Positions 13,304-26,599 are shown, counted from the first letter of the stretch. The stretch: DNA of 64,000 bases from Phoronis australis (GCA_002633005.1 NMRA01000758.1:62001-126000); one strand, 5' to 3'. Translations and numbers: made by a program. The notes: a model not told the origin generated them from the sequence alone.

Positions 13304-15396
13304 AAACAAGAGCAACACAGAACGTTGAAATGCGCCCACGAATGCATCACAAATGGTGTGCTTTTAGGGTTGTTTATTTGTATCATCAAAATGGCCACTA
13401 GATAGTGCAAAATACATCAAATCCGTCTGAAAACCAGAAAATGTCATCGTTTCTTTAAAAGAAAGCCCTTTACCAAATTTCATTAAAATTTGTCGAGGAA
13501 CTTCAGAGAAACAGAGGAAAATGAAAAAAAAAAATGAAATTGCCACAAGGGGGCACAGAGTTCTTTGGATCCGTCTAAAAGTCGTCATCTTCTCTTGTTA
13601 ACTTCATTTAAATACACATGCTAAATTTAATAAAGATCCTGCATAGGGCTTAGGAGATACAGGTATGGGTGCAAAAAACCAAACTGCCACTAGGAGGCGC
13701 CACAGTAGTCGAAGTCGTCGAAAATTCATCGTCAACCGTTTTCTTCATAGAAAGAATATACATGCCTGACTTTCACAATCATCCTATGAGTGGTTTGGTT
13801 GACAGAGGGACGGACACCAAAAAAAAACTCAAAAAAAACAAAAATGGCCACTAGGTGTTGCAAAATACCTTGAATCAATCCGAAGATGAATGGCTAGCGT
13901 AACCTCAGATGACTATGTGCCAAATTTTCTGGAAATCCGTTGAGGATCTCTGAAGATACATAAAAACTATAATTGCTACTAGGGGGCACACCGGTAAACC
14001 GATCTGTCCGAAAGTCATCATCGTCCGTTGTCAACTTCAAATAAATACATTTGCTAAATTCAATAAAGATCCTGTAGAGTGTTTAGGAGATACAGCCATG
14101 GGCGCAAAAACAAACAAAATTGCCACTAGGAGGCGCAAGAGTAGTCGAAGTCGTCGGAAAATCATCGTCAACTGTCTTCTTCACAGTAAGAACATACATG
14201 CCCATTTTTACAATCATCCTTATAGTGCTTTGGTTGTTAGAGGGGCGGACGCAAATAAACGACTCGCAAATAGTAAAAATGGCCACTAGATGGTGCAATA
14301 TGCCTCAAGTACATCTGAAAACTGGAGGATAGCGTGAACTCATTAATAGATGCCTGTATGTCAAATTTCATGAAAATCGATTGAGGACCTTTGAAGATAC
14401 AGAGATAAACGTAAAAAACTAAAATCGTCACACGGGGCACAGCGNGCAGTGGGCGGTTAAATCGAAATTCACCTAAAGTAGGGGGTGGGCGGTTAACTGA
14501 GCATGGGCGTTAACCCGAACGATTACGGTACATGCCTGACTTTCACAATCATCCTATGAGTGGTTTGGTTGACAGAGGGACGGACACCAAAAAAAAACTC
14601 GAAAAAAACAAAAATGGCCACTAGGTGTTGCAAAATACCTTGAATCAATCCGAAGATGAATGGCTAGCGTCACCTCAGATGACTATGTGCCAAATTTTAT
14701 GGAAATCCGTTGAGGATCTCTGAAGATACATAAAAACTATAATTGCTACTAGGGGGCACACCGGTAAACCGATCTGTCCGAAAGTCATCATCGTCCGTTG
14801 TCAACTTCAAATAAATACATTTGCTAAATTCAATAAAAATCCTGTAGAGTGTTTAGGAGATACAGCCATGGGCGCAAAAACAAACAAAATTGCCACTAGG
14901 AGGCGCAAGAGTAGTCGAAGTCGTCAGAAAATCATCGTCAACTGTCTTCTTCACAGTAAGAACATACATGCCCATTTTTACAATCATCCTTATAGTGCTT
15001 TGGTTGTTAAGAGGGGCGAACGCAAATAAACGACTCGCAAATAGTAAAAATGGCCACTAGATGGTGCAAAATGCCTCAAGTACATCTGAAAACTGGAGGA
15101 TAGCGTGAACTCATTAATAGATGCCTGTATGTCAAATTTCATGAAAATCGATTGAGGACCTTTGAAGATACAGAGATAAACGTAAAAAACTAAAATCGTC
15201 ACACGGGGCACAGCGATATTGGGGTCGGTCCGAAACTCGTCGCCCTCTGTCGTCAACCCCATAGGAACACACCTGCCAAATTTCAATAAGATCCTGCCAG
15301 AGCTTTAGGAGATACAGCCGCAGATGCCGGAGACCAGGCGGCGGACAGAGATGACGTCAATATGCAACCACATATAAATATGCTAGTGCATAAAAA
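13304..15396. mobile_element. Non-autonomous Helentron/DINE-1-like element with internal tandem repeats
   Basis: Begins AAACAAGAG and ends in a TATGCA...TGCATA hairpin plus AAAAA, inserted in an A-run. Internal ~145-bp diverged subunits (CCAAATTTCAT, GCCACTAG, GGGGCAC) form a ~435-455 bp higher-order repeat. Partly duplicated across the N at 14445. Confidence 0.6.
14446..14530. mobile_element. Terminus of a TA-targeting Tc1/mariner-superfamily (Tc2/pogo-like) element
   Basis: Reverse complement reads TA|CCGTAATCGTTCGGGTTAACGCCCA, with repeated TAA(C)CGCCCA motifs. It abuts a TA that is empty in the parallel copy at 13759-13760. Confidence 0.6.
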
Positions 15397-15974
15397 GGCA
15401 TTTTTGGTAATTATTTTTGTCTGAATTTGGTGAGATTTTATCGTACGGTGTTTTTATCATTGGAAACCATGCTTAATTTTTTCAGTTATGGCCTACTTTC
15501 CACTTTTTTAAATTTCAAATTTACAAGATTTGTTATACGTAAAACTGTTGTTGAAAGACTGGCAACAATGATCATGTATTATCAATAGCAGTATGTAAAA
15601 TGAAACCATAAGGTTGTCTACATATAACACATAGCACACAATTGAGGAATTCAGTCAATGATTTCTTCCTCGCACGACTGACTACCCAAATCTAATGTTA
15701 ATTCGATTTCTTGTAAGTCATGTCATCTTTTGTAGTTATCTATACCACTGAAATAAAAAAGAAAAATAAGAACATGAGGGCAACTCAAAAATATTTTATC
15801 TGATATCTTACCAAAGAATTTGGCTTATCTTTTTTAGTTACAAATAGGACACATTTGTTGCAACAAAAATTAGCAGGCACTGACAACTGGAAGTGGGAAG
15901 TATAATAGTATGAACCCACCTACAGCAGAGAAACCAACAATATTTCAAGGATAACTCAACTGATTGCATTACAG

Positions 15975-16304
15975 GTGTTCTGATCACTCAGTCAGCCTGC
16001 GTGGACGATACAGTTAGCCTCTCATGTAATGCAAAGGACTCCATCAAACTGGTACGCCTACAGTTTGGCCGGCCAAGAGATGGCACTTACTGTACAAACA
16101 AGACTGGTGACTGTCTGCTGGTGCTGACAGCGTCAAGTAGCAAGCCATATATCGACTTATTTCAGAGCGTCAGCACATCATGCGCAAACCTGACATCTTG
16201 CAGCGTGAGTGCGTTGGCAATAGGTATACCAGACTGTCAGCTGACCGATCTACCTACCCCAGGGGCTCCCAGTACATATATGGTATTGGATTATGAGTGT
16301 GCGG
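15975..16304 (+). CDS. Gene B exon 2: SUEL/Gal_lectin (rhamnose-binding lectin)-like domain
   Basis: Acceptor ttacAG and donor G|GTAAGT, phase 1-1. Reads SACVDDTVSLSC...QFGR...C...C...SCANLTSC...PDC...TYMVLDYEC, the 8-Cys, (Y/F)GR, (D)PC-like and YLxVxYxC pattern of SUEL domains. Confidence 0.8.
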
Positions 16305-16905
16305 GTAAGTGAAGCAGAGAGACAGATAAAAGAAACTACTCAATCTAACAGTAATTGTAATGCCCATACACTAACTCTTCACTTGTTTTACTATAACTGA
16401 CAAAATGGTCATTCTGGTTTTCAAAGGCTACTTGGCTAAAGATAATGGAAATTCATGTTGCTTTAAGTCATGTGCATAGCACAAATCAAGATAATAATTG
16501 AATGGAATTCCTGAAGCTTATGCTGGACCCTAGAAAAATGTTCAAATTTGGCTATTACTTTGCAAATCATATTTCAACAAATTGGCAGACTTGATTCATA
16601 TGAAACTTTCAAATAAAATGTTTTATGCAATTGTTCTTAAAATGCTCCACTTTTGTATGATTTTCAAGAAAAACAAATCAAAACTTGCATAAAACAAAAA
16701 CAAAACAATTTAGAAAACTAACACTTTTGAAATTTCATTTTGTACGTTTAAATCAAATGAGAATTTGGTAATGTTTTTGATACCTTAGTTTTCCAATTAA
16801 TGAGCCTTTCTTTTTGCTAAATTAAAAAACATAACTGTCACATAACCTAGTTAATGAAAGACTGGGAAAAGTCAAAATCAAATTCTGCAGACTTTCTACT
16901 TCCAG

Positions 16906-17052
16906 AAAATATATACCATTACTGTGTTAAAAGTCTATAGTAAAAATATATACCATTACTGTGTTAAAAGTCTATAGTAAAAATATATACCATTACTGTG
17001 TTAAAAGTCTATAGTAAAAATATATACCATTACTGTGTTAAAAGTCTATAGT
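16906..17052 (+). repeat. Minisatellite, 37 bp x4
   Basis: Unit AAAATATATACCATTACTGTGTTAAAAGTCTATAGTA. Confidence 0.95.
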
Positions 17053-17206
17053 TTTCTACATCTTTGGCTAATACACAGGCTTGTCAATAAGGTCCTACGT
17101 AACATTAATCTTGTTTTGGAGAATTTTGCTGAAATAACCTTTCATTTTTATGTTACAAATGAATGTGTTAAATATGTGAACAGTTATTCCAGTTGCAATG
17201 TGAACT

Positions 17207-17755
17207 AGTAATAATTTAGATTCACCCACAATGAGCCAGATCTATAATAACTTAGATTCACTCACAATGTGCCAGATCTGTAATAATTTAGATTTGCCCA
17301 CAATATGCCAGATCTAATAATTTAGATTCGCCAAAAAATATGCCAGATCTATAATAATTTAGATTCGCCCCCAACAACCCAGATCAGCAATAATTTAGAT
17401 TTGTCCACAACATGCCAGGACTCTAATAATTTAAGAATTGACCGCAGCATGCCAGGTCCGTAATAATTTAGATTCACGCAAAACATGCCAGGTGTATAAT
17501 AATTTAGATTCACCCAAAATATGCCAGATCTATAATAATTTAGATTCGCCCCCAACATCCCAGATCAGTAATAATTTAGATTTGCGCACAACATGCCAGG
17601 TTTGTAATTATTTAAGATTTGACCGTAACATGCCAGGTCTATAATAATTTAGATTTGCCCACAACATGCCAGGTCTGTAATAATTTAGATTCGCCCACAA
17701 CATGCCAGGGCTGTAATAATTTAGAGTTCACCCACAATGAGCCAGATCTGTAATA
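17207..17755 (+). repeat. Diverged minisatellite, ~36 bp x ~15
   Basis: Consensus about TAATAATTTAGATTCGCCCACAACATGCCAGATCTG. Confidence 0.9.
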
Positions 17756-19033
17756 CAAGATTGAGTTATTCCACTATACTGATTACGCTTTATTTATCAA
17801 CGAATTGAATATCAATTGTTTCTCATCATCCCCTCTTACCATCATTAACAATTATTTGAACAGTTGATACCAATGTTTACTTGTCACTTCATAGGATTAT
17901 TATTCAAAACATTACTGACTAGACAGTAGATATGTTCGTGCATTTGTACACTTCAATCAGTTGAAGTACAGGTCAACTACCTGAATGGTTCTTGATAAAT
18001 TAACACACATTTAGAATATATTCCTGCACAACCAAAAAGACCTTTAAAGGAACGTTATAGGAAAGAAAAGTGATTATCTGAGTTCATGGTCAGCACTGCA
18101 TCGTACCTTCAATCCGCAAGTTGCAGGTGCTCTGCTGCCGCAGCTTAACACTATCAGATAAATGGCAAAGTATTCAAGTTGGAGGGCCTTGGTTTCAGTT
18201 AATATCTGGCAGACAACAGCAAGAACTGTAAAACTGTACAAAAAAAACTTTAACTTAACCGATTTTGTGGTTTTATAGTCTTAATCAAAACAAATAATTC
18301 CATGAAGTCTTTTCTAGCCAACAGTAATCCAAAAATGTGTTTTCCGATACCGTCTCTTTTAACATAAAATATCTCAAATTTAGTGTGTGGTACAGTTGAA
18401 GCTAGTGGCTGCTTTTCAATGAATTTTCAGACTATAAATAAATGTACACAACAAAGACGAGAAATTTATAATATGTCGTATCAATTCTTATCCGATAGGT
18501 ATTACAATACGAGCATGAGATACATCACTAGTCAGATACATTATCATATTCCTAAGTGTAAGTAAACTAGACGACAAAGCACAATTACAAGCTTCCTTTC
18601 AGTCATAAATTTATTGTACTAGATGGCAAGAAAATCAGTCATTAAAATTGCGGGCAGAAAGTTCTTAATGAGCATCTTTGCAACAGGTAAACTATTATCA
18701 GCCATGGCAGTATAGAATTATTTTTGATGACAAAGAACATAAAAACCTGCAAAGCAATCTGTTAGGGCAGATCTACGAATTTAGTGATAGGAGGTTTACT
18801 GGATCAATGCCACTATCTTGTTATGCGAATACCCTTTTATTGGAGTTGAAACCCCTTGAATCCACCCGTAGACCCGCCACTAACCGTATAAACCCTCTTC
18901 TCTTAAGAATAATAAGTAGCATACAGCTTAAATATGTACAATGTTTGTACCAGCGTGTTACGTTTTTTATATCTCCATTGAGATACACAAAAGCATTCAA
19001 ACTCAGACTTTGCCCAGATTTAACTACTTACCA

Positions 19034-19428
19034 TAAAATCTCACCAATTCAGGTCTAAAACAATTATAAAAATTGCCATTTTTTCATTTTTAGTAAATAA
19101 AACAAAAATTTCTGTGTCTGTTTCTGTTGACAAAGGAAGATATTACATCCAAAAATTTCAAATTTCAGTTGAACCATTCTTGTTGTTTTATTTACCGATT
19201 TATATTCTACATTTCGTGAAACAATAGTATCCTTGGGAGGATCTGGATCGCCTTATTTAGTTTCAGATTTATTTTCTACGTTATTTTTCATTTTTCAACG
19301 ACTCCAACATTGTTGCCATTCATCCTCGATCTTTCAAAATATTGTCTGGTGGTAGCTATGGTGTAGAAATATAAGAAAATTAAAATTCACTTGTATGCCA
19401 AATTGTGTCCTAAATTGGTGATATTTTA
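19034..19428 (-). mobile_element. MITE family copy (reverse orientation) with an internal segment also present near 34200-34290
   Basis: Ends taaaatctcaccaatt and aattggtgatatttta. Internal tctgtttctgttgacaaagga...ccattcttgttgttttatttacc recurs at about 34204-34277. Confidence 0.6.
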
Positions 19429-21080
19429 CTGTAAGATAACATGAATCATAACAGAACAACCACTACTAACATATACGCACTTATACAGAACAGTCATTTC
19501 ATATGAAGACTACATGTATTGTGACCCTGTGTTACTGTAGGTCATGGAACTGGCAATTTGCCAAACACCTGCCTGCCATATATTTCGTAAAACACCTTGG
19601 ATATTGTTTTCACCAACAAAAGTAAGTTTAACTTCTTTTATTCCCATGACATCAAGCTGCACTGTTACAAGGTGAATAACTTGTTTAGATATAAAAGGAA
19701 TGAAAGTTCTCCCAAAGTTACACACAATTTCCATTTTGGCATTCTGTGCCCATCTTGTGTGATGTCATTTTGAGAAAATCTCAGAGAGGAAACAAAGTGT
19801 TTCTTTCTTCTTTTAGTTACTTCAGAAACTCAAAACGTAACTTCAGAATGTTGACATCCTGACTTCGAGACTATTTTTCTCGAGATACAACCTACAACTA
19901 AATTGAAGAAATCCCACCTACAGTGGTTTGGGTAAATGACCACAAACTGGTCTTAAATTCTTTCATAGCGACTCATTCCAATTTTTCCAAGGCAAATTTC
20001 AGAGGATACCAACAGATCAGCTTGGAAACATATCTAGGTACTTTATCGTCAAATAAAATTTACTAAAGAAACAACTTTACTTGGTTTAAACAGTGTGCCA
20101 CCTGCTGGAAGAATCTTGTGCATTGCACTTCTCTTCTTCATGTCAAGAACTTTGTTTATAAAATGGCAGTTAACTGGATTACATTGACAACTTTCACTTA
20201 CATTTTTCACAAGTTTTTGTTCTGGGAATCCCATGGCAGTTCGGTTTTGATTTGCCATAACAATGAGATGTAGAAAGTTTAAGTGTATCGCCAGCAAAGC
20301 AAATCGTAGACAAAAATACAGAGGACCCAATATCTGCACAAGCGCAAGTATGTGTCACTTCTCCCATATGAAACAATTCCATTCACTCTAGTGAGGTATG
20401 TATTAACTAATAATGTGGCTCGAAATCATTTCAAGTATCAGGTTTGGGTTGAATGATTGCAGCTAATCTGGTAATATTTACAGAATATGATTTCAGCCTC
20501 AAACAGGGCTTAAGGTTAGCTCAAAACTTATTTAGTGACCGCCATTCTAATTCATATATCAAAAAACAGGCTTTGTCCACTAGTGAAAGTATGTATTTTC
20601 TGGAAAAACATAAGAGGTTATAAAAATATGTTTCATATTGGCGCGCAATAATTATTATTACGTTACCACCTTTTTTAAGTCAAAATTCCATTTTTAAGAA
20701 AGGTACATCCATATAGCAAAATAAACCCTGGTAGATTTTAAATTGTATTTGCATACTGTTTAAGATTTTCTTCGATTATTGTCAAGAAAGTTGGACACAT
20801 TAATTTTTAAGTATGGCGGAGATTTCTACATTGCTGCCGCCTAAAATGAATTTCTAAATATTACTACCAAAATGACTCAAAAAAAGGTGTCAAAAGGAAT
20901 GAAATATCTTCCTGGCGTGATCAAAATATTTTAAAAGAGAAATATAAACAAGGAACTCATACACAACTTTTTCTTAAATTTCCTTGACTTCACAAATGTA
21001 CCTAACAACATGATCTGTTATTCTCTTAACTCATATGCTAGGATTAACTTTGAGCTTCCCTTGGTCACACTACTTTTCAG

Positions 21081-21113
21081 ACATAACAACGACAGCGAGT
21101 TCAGATACAACAG
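21081..21113 (+). CDS. Gene B candidate 33-nt micro-exon (DITTTASSDTT)
   Basis: Acceptor tacttttcAG, donor CAG|GTGAGA, phase 1-1, Thr/Ser-rich like the next exon. Confidence 0.6.
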
Positions 21114-21148
21114 GTGAGACACTACCCTTACCGTGACCTACCCATCAA

Positions 21149-21212
21149 CGTTGTTGTTGCTTTTGTTGTTGTTATTGTTGTTATTATCATTATTATCATT
21201 ATTATTATTATG
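21149..21212 (+). repeat. (TTG)n/(TTA)n microsatellite
   Basis: Read directly. Confidence 0.85.
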
Positions 21213-21949
21213 AATGATAAAATTATCCTAGTAAAAAACCCAATTGTGCTTGTGATTTAGTACCTATACTGAACTCCCTTGCATCTTACCAGTTAGTAGT
21301 TCATCCAGTGTACGGCTTAATAGAACCTTGCAAGTTTAGCAACAACCTGCTACAGTTCACCCCAAAATGTCGCTGTGTATGGGGTCTTGTGAATGTTGCA
21401 CAAAAGGGCCTGACCTCTGAAAGTGATACCATGGTATGGCCAAATCTGTTTTGTCTAGTTTTCCCACAAAATAAAGATTTTGACAATTCAAGTCTATAAC
21501 TAGCATGGTTTGTGCTGAGTAGATGTCATGAAACACTCTTGGTACATTTTCTATTATTTATAATAAATCAGCATTTGATCAATGAAAAATGATAATTTTG
21601 TCAATTATTTCAGTGCAAAATAAGTAGAGAATTACATTACCTATTGATTTGTTGTACATAACAGCAGCTTAACATGCTCAAGGCAAAGTCGGATCATCAA
21701 TTTGAACTAAGAAAAATACCAGCATGGAATTTATTATACTGAAGAGTAATTCATATTACATAACAAAAGACATCAATTAATGCATATTTATTATATTTCT
21801 AACTACTCACTGGTTACATAAGAATACAAACCATCATCTCCAAGTACACATGTAAAAGCATGACATTGGTTATATTGTGGGTACAAAAACGAAAATCAGT
21901 AGCAACCAAGTAACAAACAGAATGGTTTCATACATCATTTCATCAGAAC

Positions 21950-22700
21950 TTAAAGCAAATGCTTATATCTTTAAACACAAAAAAAAGTTTATTTCAAAAC
22001 TCATATGGCCATTATCTCACTGTTCAACATATAATATACAAACACTATAATCTCGCCATATCATCAAATACTCAAAATTTTGCTCCTAATTACCACTGCT
22101 TGTTGAATGAATGATGCTGTATTTCTTAAAACATACATAGAATCTGAACTCAAGAGTGCCTAACGTTTCTACTTCTAACAATACACTGTGGTAAAAGATA
22201 ATTCCGTAGGTCCGCAAGGACAGGACAATCAAGTAAAAGGTGTATCTCTGTTTCAATTTCATCCTCGTAACAAACTTTACGAATTCTTTCTGGTCGAGGT
22301 TAATTGTTTCTTCTCCCCAACTCAATCATAAGATGATATGTGGAACACCTCAAATTTGCTGATTTAAAGACAGGCTATCACATAAATACTTTTCACATGT
22401 TAATTCAGATTAAATTGAACCGTAAATATTACATTTATCCCTATTTGCAAATGAAGACGACCAAAATTGAAAATTTATATCCCTAAGTTTTCGCTTAAAA
22501 GAAATTTAAAAAAATCATTTCATGACTTAAATCGTTAAAAGTTCACTATTGAAAAACAGAAATAAGGCATTCTACATCAGATCTTTGAGTTTCTAAACCA
22601 TTTTAGTTGATTTTAGTGAATGATAAAGAACGTCTTCCAAGAATATTTCAACTGGTTATACGCACGTGGATGCCATCTCAATCTGTTTGAACTGAAACTA
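21950..22700 (-). mobile_element. Decayed 3' fragment of a non-LTR retrotransposon (RTE-X/Tx1-type C-terminal CCHC region)
   Basis: The minus strand at about 22200-22365 reads, with frameshifts, ISKF..CS.YHLMIELGR...PERIRKVCYEDEIETEIHLLLDCPVLADLRN, the typical 'LxIExGR..ERxC..C..E.E.H.L..CP..LR' LINE ORF2 tail. Boundaries approximate. Confidence 0.65.
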
Positions 22701-23477
22701 GTTTTGGGTGATGACGATGGTAGAATCCTCACCAGGGGTATAGTCGTAAGGGGAACAGGGCTGTACCTTAACATTTTACAGCCAGGGGACCATATTCCTT
22801 ACAAAAGATTTAATTTTCCACCATATTGTTGTCTAAACTTTAGAAAATTTAATATTACATTTCATTCCTATAGAAATAGCCTTTCTTGTTCAAGTAGTAT
22901 TATTAACAGTTTTATGTCTTCCGATCTTATGTCTAGTGTCACTGCACCCCATGGGGTCCTCCAGGTATTCTATCGGTTGGAGTCACAACTTGTGCCTAGT
23001 ATGATGAAGATAGCAAGCTTCTCATCTATTGTGACTCACTATCTCTAGGACAGTACTCATCACAGTCACCACCCGAAATTTAAGAAATGATCACTTTAAA
23101 CACCCATGCTTGACTTAGTCCCCACCCCCAGTTTACACCAATGAGATTTCCTTAAAACACTCAACTGGTAACTATTTCAGCTCTAAAAATGTACACACTT
23201 CACTTACTTTCGCATAACGGACTGTCAGTACCAGTAGCAGCAACACCTTGTCTGATATTCCAGTGGTAAAATACCCACTTTTTACAGAAGCAGGCTTAAA
23301 ATGCACGTACTAACATTAGCGTCCTTGAGTGAAAATATGGTGAAAGTGAGAGCGAAACCACCATTCGGGGAAAACACCATCCTGACTTCAAAAAAATTCT
23401 GTTTTAAGTGTCCACAGTGATTTTTTAATTTTCTAAATTGAGTGCCCTGGGTATTAACCCAGTCGAGAACTGTACGT

Positions 23478-23857
23478 GATCAGTTGGGCACTCACTTTGT
23501 GGTTGATAAGATGAGGAGGTTGATGGTAGGTTCCTCACACCAAGTTGCCTAGTACCTCAGATCAGTTGGCCACACATGTTGTGGTTTGTAATGACGAAGA
23601 CGGTGATGGTAAGGTCCTCACACCTAGTAGCCCATAACCTCAGATCAGTTGGCCAGAAATGATGTGGTTGATAATGAAGAAGACGGTGATGGTAAGTTCC
23701 TCACACCTAATTGCCCATAACCTTAGATCAGTTGGTCACACATAATGTGGTTAGTAATGATGAAGACAAGTAATGGTAGGGTCCTCATACATAGTAGCCC
23801 AGTACCTTAGATCAGTAGGTGACAAATGTTGTGGTTGATTATGATGAAGACAGTGAA
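23478..23857 (+). repeat. Diverged tandem repeat, ~83 bp x4.5
   Basis: GATCAGT(T/A)GG recurs at 23478, 23560, 23643, 23726 and 23810. Confidence 0.85.
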
Positions 23858-24038
23858 GACAGTCCACACTGGTTATCCTCAACTGTTTGTTTTCCTTAAT
23901 CTTGTTCCTAGATTTTGATGGCAATGAAAACTACTACACAAGTTCATTCCTATAGAACAATAGCTGAGAGTCATCAAAAGGCTGTGTAAATTGTGTTTTG
24001 CTCATTTCATGAAGAAATATACCGATTTTGTTTAATAG

Positions 24039-24359
24039 CACATCAGACAGTGACCAAGCCACCAGAAGACAAAACAACAACTATAACTACGTCAGCAACA
24101 CCAGAAAAGACCATAACCACACCAGAGCTGACCAGTGAGGCAACAACAAAGGGGAAAGAAACAACAAGTGCAGACCAACAAACAACATCAGACCAACAAA
24201 CAACACCAGATCAACAAACAACAGCAGATCAACAAACAACAGCAGATCAACAAACAACAGCAGAAGGAATAACTGACCCAGCAGTGACTACAATGATGCT
24301 ACAAGGAACAACCACTGTAAACAACACAGCTCCAATACCTGGACCATCACAAACAAAAC
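24039..24359 (+). CDS. Gene B mucin-like Thr-rich stalk exon (copy 1)
   Basis: Acceptor tttaatAG, donor C|GTAAGT, phase 1-1. Thr/Pro-rich with five (A/S/P)DQQTT hexapeptides. Confidence 0.8.
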
Positions 24360-24568
24360 GTAAGTAGTCTTGGTAAAAATGGTGAANGACAGTCCACACT
24401 GGTTATCCTCAACTGTTTGTTTTCCTTAATCTTGTTCCTAGATTTTGATGGCAATGAAAACTACTACACAAGTTCATTCCTATAGAACAATAGCTGAGAG
24501 TCATCAAAAGGCTGTGTAAATTGTGTTTTGCTCATTTCATGAAGAAATATACCAATTTTGTTTAATAG

Positions 24569-24889
24569 CACATCAGACAGTGACCAAGCCACCAGAAGAC
24601 AAAACAACAACTATAACTACGTCAGCAACACCAGAAAAGACCATAACCACACCAGAGCTGACCAGTGAGGCAACAACAAAGGGGAAAGAAACAACAAGTG
24701 CAGACCAACAAACAACATCAGACCAACAAACAACAACAGAGCAACAAACAACAGCAGATCAACAAACAACAGCAGATCAACAAACAACAGCAGAAGTAAT
24801 AACTGATCCAGCAGTGACTACGATGATGCTACAAGGAACAACCACTGTAAACAACACAGCTCCAATACCTGGACCATCACAAACAAAAC
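24569..24889 (+). CDS. Gene B mucin-like exon, copy 2 (probably the second haplotype duplicated across a gap)
   Basis: 24388-24916 is nearly identical to 23858-24386, separated from it by a single N at 24387. Confidence 0.5.
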
Positions 24890-24909
24890 GTAAGTAGTCT
24901 TGGTAAAAA

Positions 24910-25110
24910 TGGTGAAGGAGGGAATGCCGGCGGTGGTGGTAGTGGACATAATGGTGGAGGTGGCAGTGGTGGTGGTCGANTGGTGGTGGAGGTGGTAGTG
25001 GAGTTTGGTGGTAGTGGTGGAGGTGGTAGTGGAGTTTGGTGGTGGTGGTGGAGGTGGTGGTGGCGGGGTGGTGATGGTACCGGCAGTGGCAACAATGATG
25101 GATTTAGTAG
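24910..25110 (+). repeat. (GGT)n-rich low-complexity tract containing a gap (N at 24980)
   Basis: Read directly. Confidence 0.85.
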
Positions 25111-25675
25111 AGATGCCAAAGATGGCAGCAGTAGTTATTGTAGTTATGACTGATTGTATAGAGTGTATCTATAACAGAAACTGTGATAGCTGCTGTGATA
25201 TTGACAGTTAGTGCAGAAAGATAACAAAGATGTTAAAGACAATAATAGTGCTTGTGATTGACATTTTTAATGTATTGTGATGATGGTGAGGACAGGGCAG
25301 GAAAGAGGATGGTACTACCAGTGTTGGTGCTATTTAGTGTTCACTATAAGGATTATTATTGTTAGAGTGGAGGTGATGCTTGTACTGGTAGTGCCAACAA
25401 TAGTTATGCATAACTATTGTTGGTTGCTAAGCAACAATACAAGTAGTACTGGTGAGTTCGGTGAAGACAACGCTAATGTTAGTAGAAACAGTGATGATGA
25501 TATTGATGACCTTTAGCAATGGTAAAAATTACAAAATGAGAAATCCTCCAAAAGAGCTTTATACGAAAACTTGATAAATTGTACTGATATTGAACAATGT
25601 AAATGGTTCATTGACAACATAATACATAATCCAATTCTTCCACTAATAGAAGAATCTGATTTTCTACATTTGCAG

Positions 25676-25772
25676 CAAATGACTGGATCCTGCCAACCAC
25701 AATAGGCTCCATAGTGACTGGCAGTGCAGTTCTTATCATGTTGAAATCATTCATAATGAAACTTCTCAACAG
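25676..25772 (+). CDS. Gene B transmembrane exon
   Basis: Acceptor catttgcAG. Reads (P)NDWILPTTIGSIVTGSAVLIMLKSFIMKLLN(R), then phase-2 donor AG|GTAAT. Confidence 0.75.
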
Positions 25773-26599
25773 GTAATGATGGCAAAGATATTTAAACTTC
25801 AGATTAACTTGCCTCAAAGGATAAATTTTCTGGTTATCCTAGACAAATCCCCCTTCGGGTTCTAATTACTTATGTATGCGATGCTATGGAAGTTACATTT
25901 GTGGCCAAGATATTTTCTGTCATTTATATATGGTGATTTAGTGTGAATATCTGTTGACTCCATCTGACATATTTATGAAAAAAATACCGAAATTATTTGC
26001 TGTTGACAAGTGTTCTCGGACAATACTAGATTGAATTAGAACTTGGCTTGAATAGGATTTAGCCATTGTTTGATATGTAATGGACGGGAAATCACTGGAG
26101 TCGACGACTACAATTTGAGACTCAGTGAGAGAAATGGCACACAGTGGAAGTGAAGATGAACTGTATCACAGCCAGGCACCAGGAACCTGTTTGTTTGAAC
26201 CTGAGTACAGTGGCTGAAAATGCAGACACAGGCAGCGAATGAAGCAAGACGTCAATGACTAATAAGACTTCTCAGAGTGTTTTGTCATGCCAATCTCAGT
26301 GGAACATAGGTGTTGATGGGAGTATGACAACATTATATTTTACACTGCTGCGGAATGCAGGGCTGCTGAAAGGTTCTGGGTTGGAGAGTCAACAGCACTG
26401 TACATGGTGGAGCTGTGCTGGTTGCTGGCCGTGCACACTGCAATAACTATTCACACATGCAGATGACAACATCTCTGAGGTCTTGATTCACCAGTTACTA
26501 CAGCTCGCAACACTGCGTGTTTCAAAACGGCACTCCCAGCAGGTGGTGACAGAGCAGAGGAATGATGTGCCAACACTTCAACAACTTTCTTCAGAACTT

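Larger units (their letters stand above)
13115..15440 (+). mobile_element. MITE family copy interrupted by a Helentron-like insertion
   Basis: TIRs tgaaaatctcaccaattt and aatttggtgagatttta. The two halves rejoin into a sequence like the 6931-7189 copy. Confidence 0.6.

Noticed and set aside
17207-17755. 36-bp repeats as CRISPR or as repeat-protein ORFs (17349-17558, 17438-17644)
   Set aside because: Head-to-tail units with no spacers. The ORFs are by-products of the unit length being a multiple of 3, and I saw no convincing exon boundaries.
24877-25516. Pro/His-rich and Gly/Val-rich ORFs
   Set aside because: Translations of a (GGT)n tract containing a gap, inside a gene B intron.
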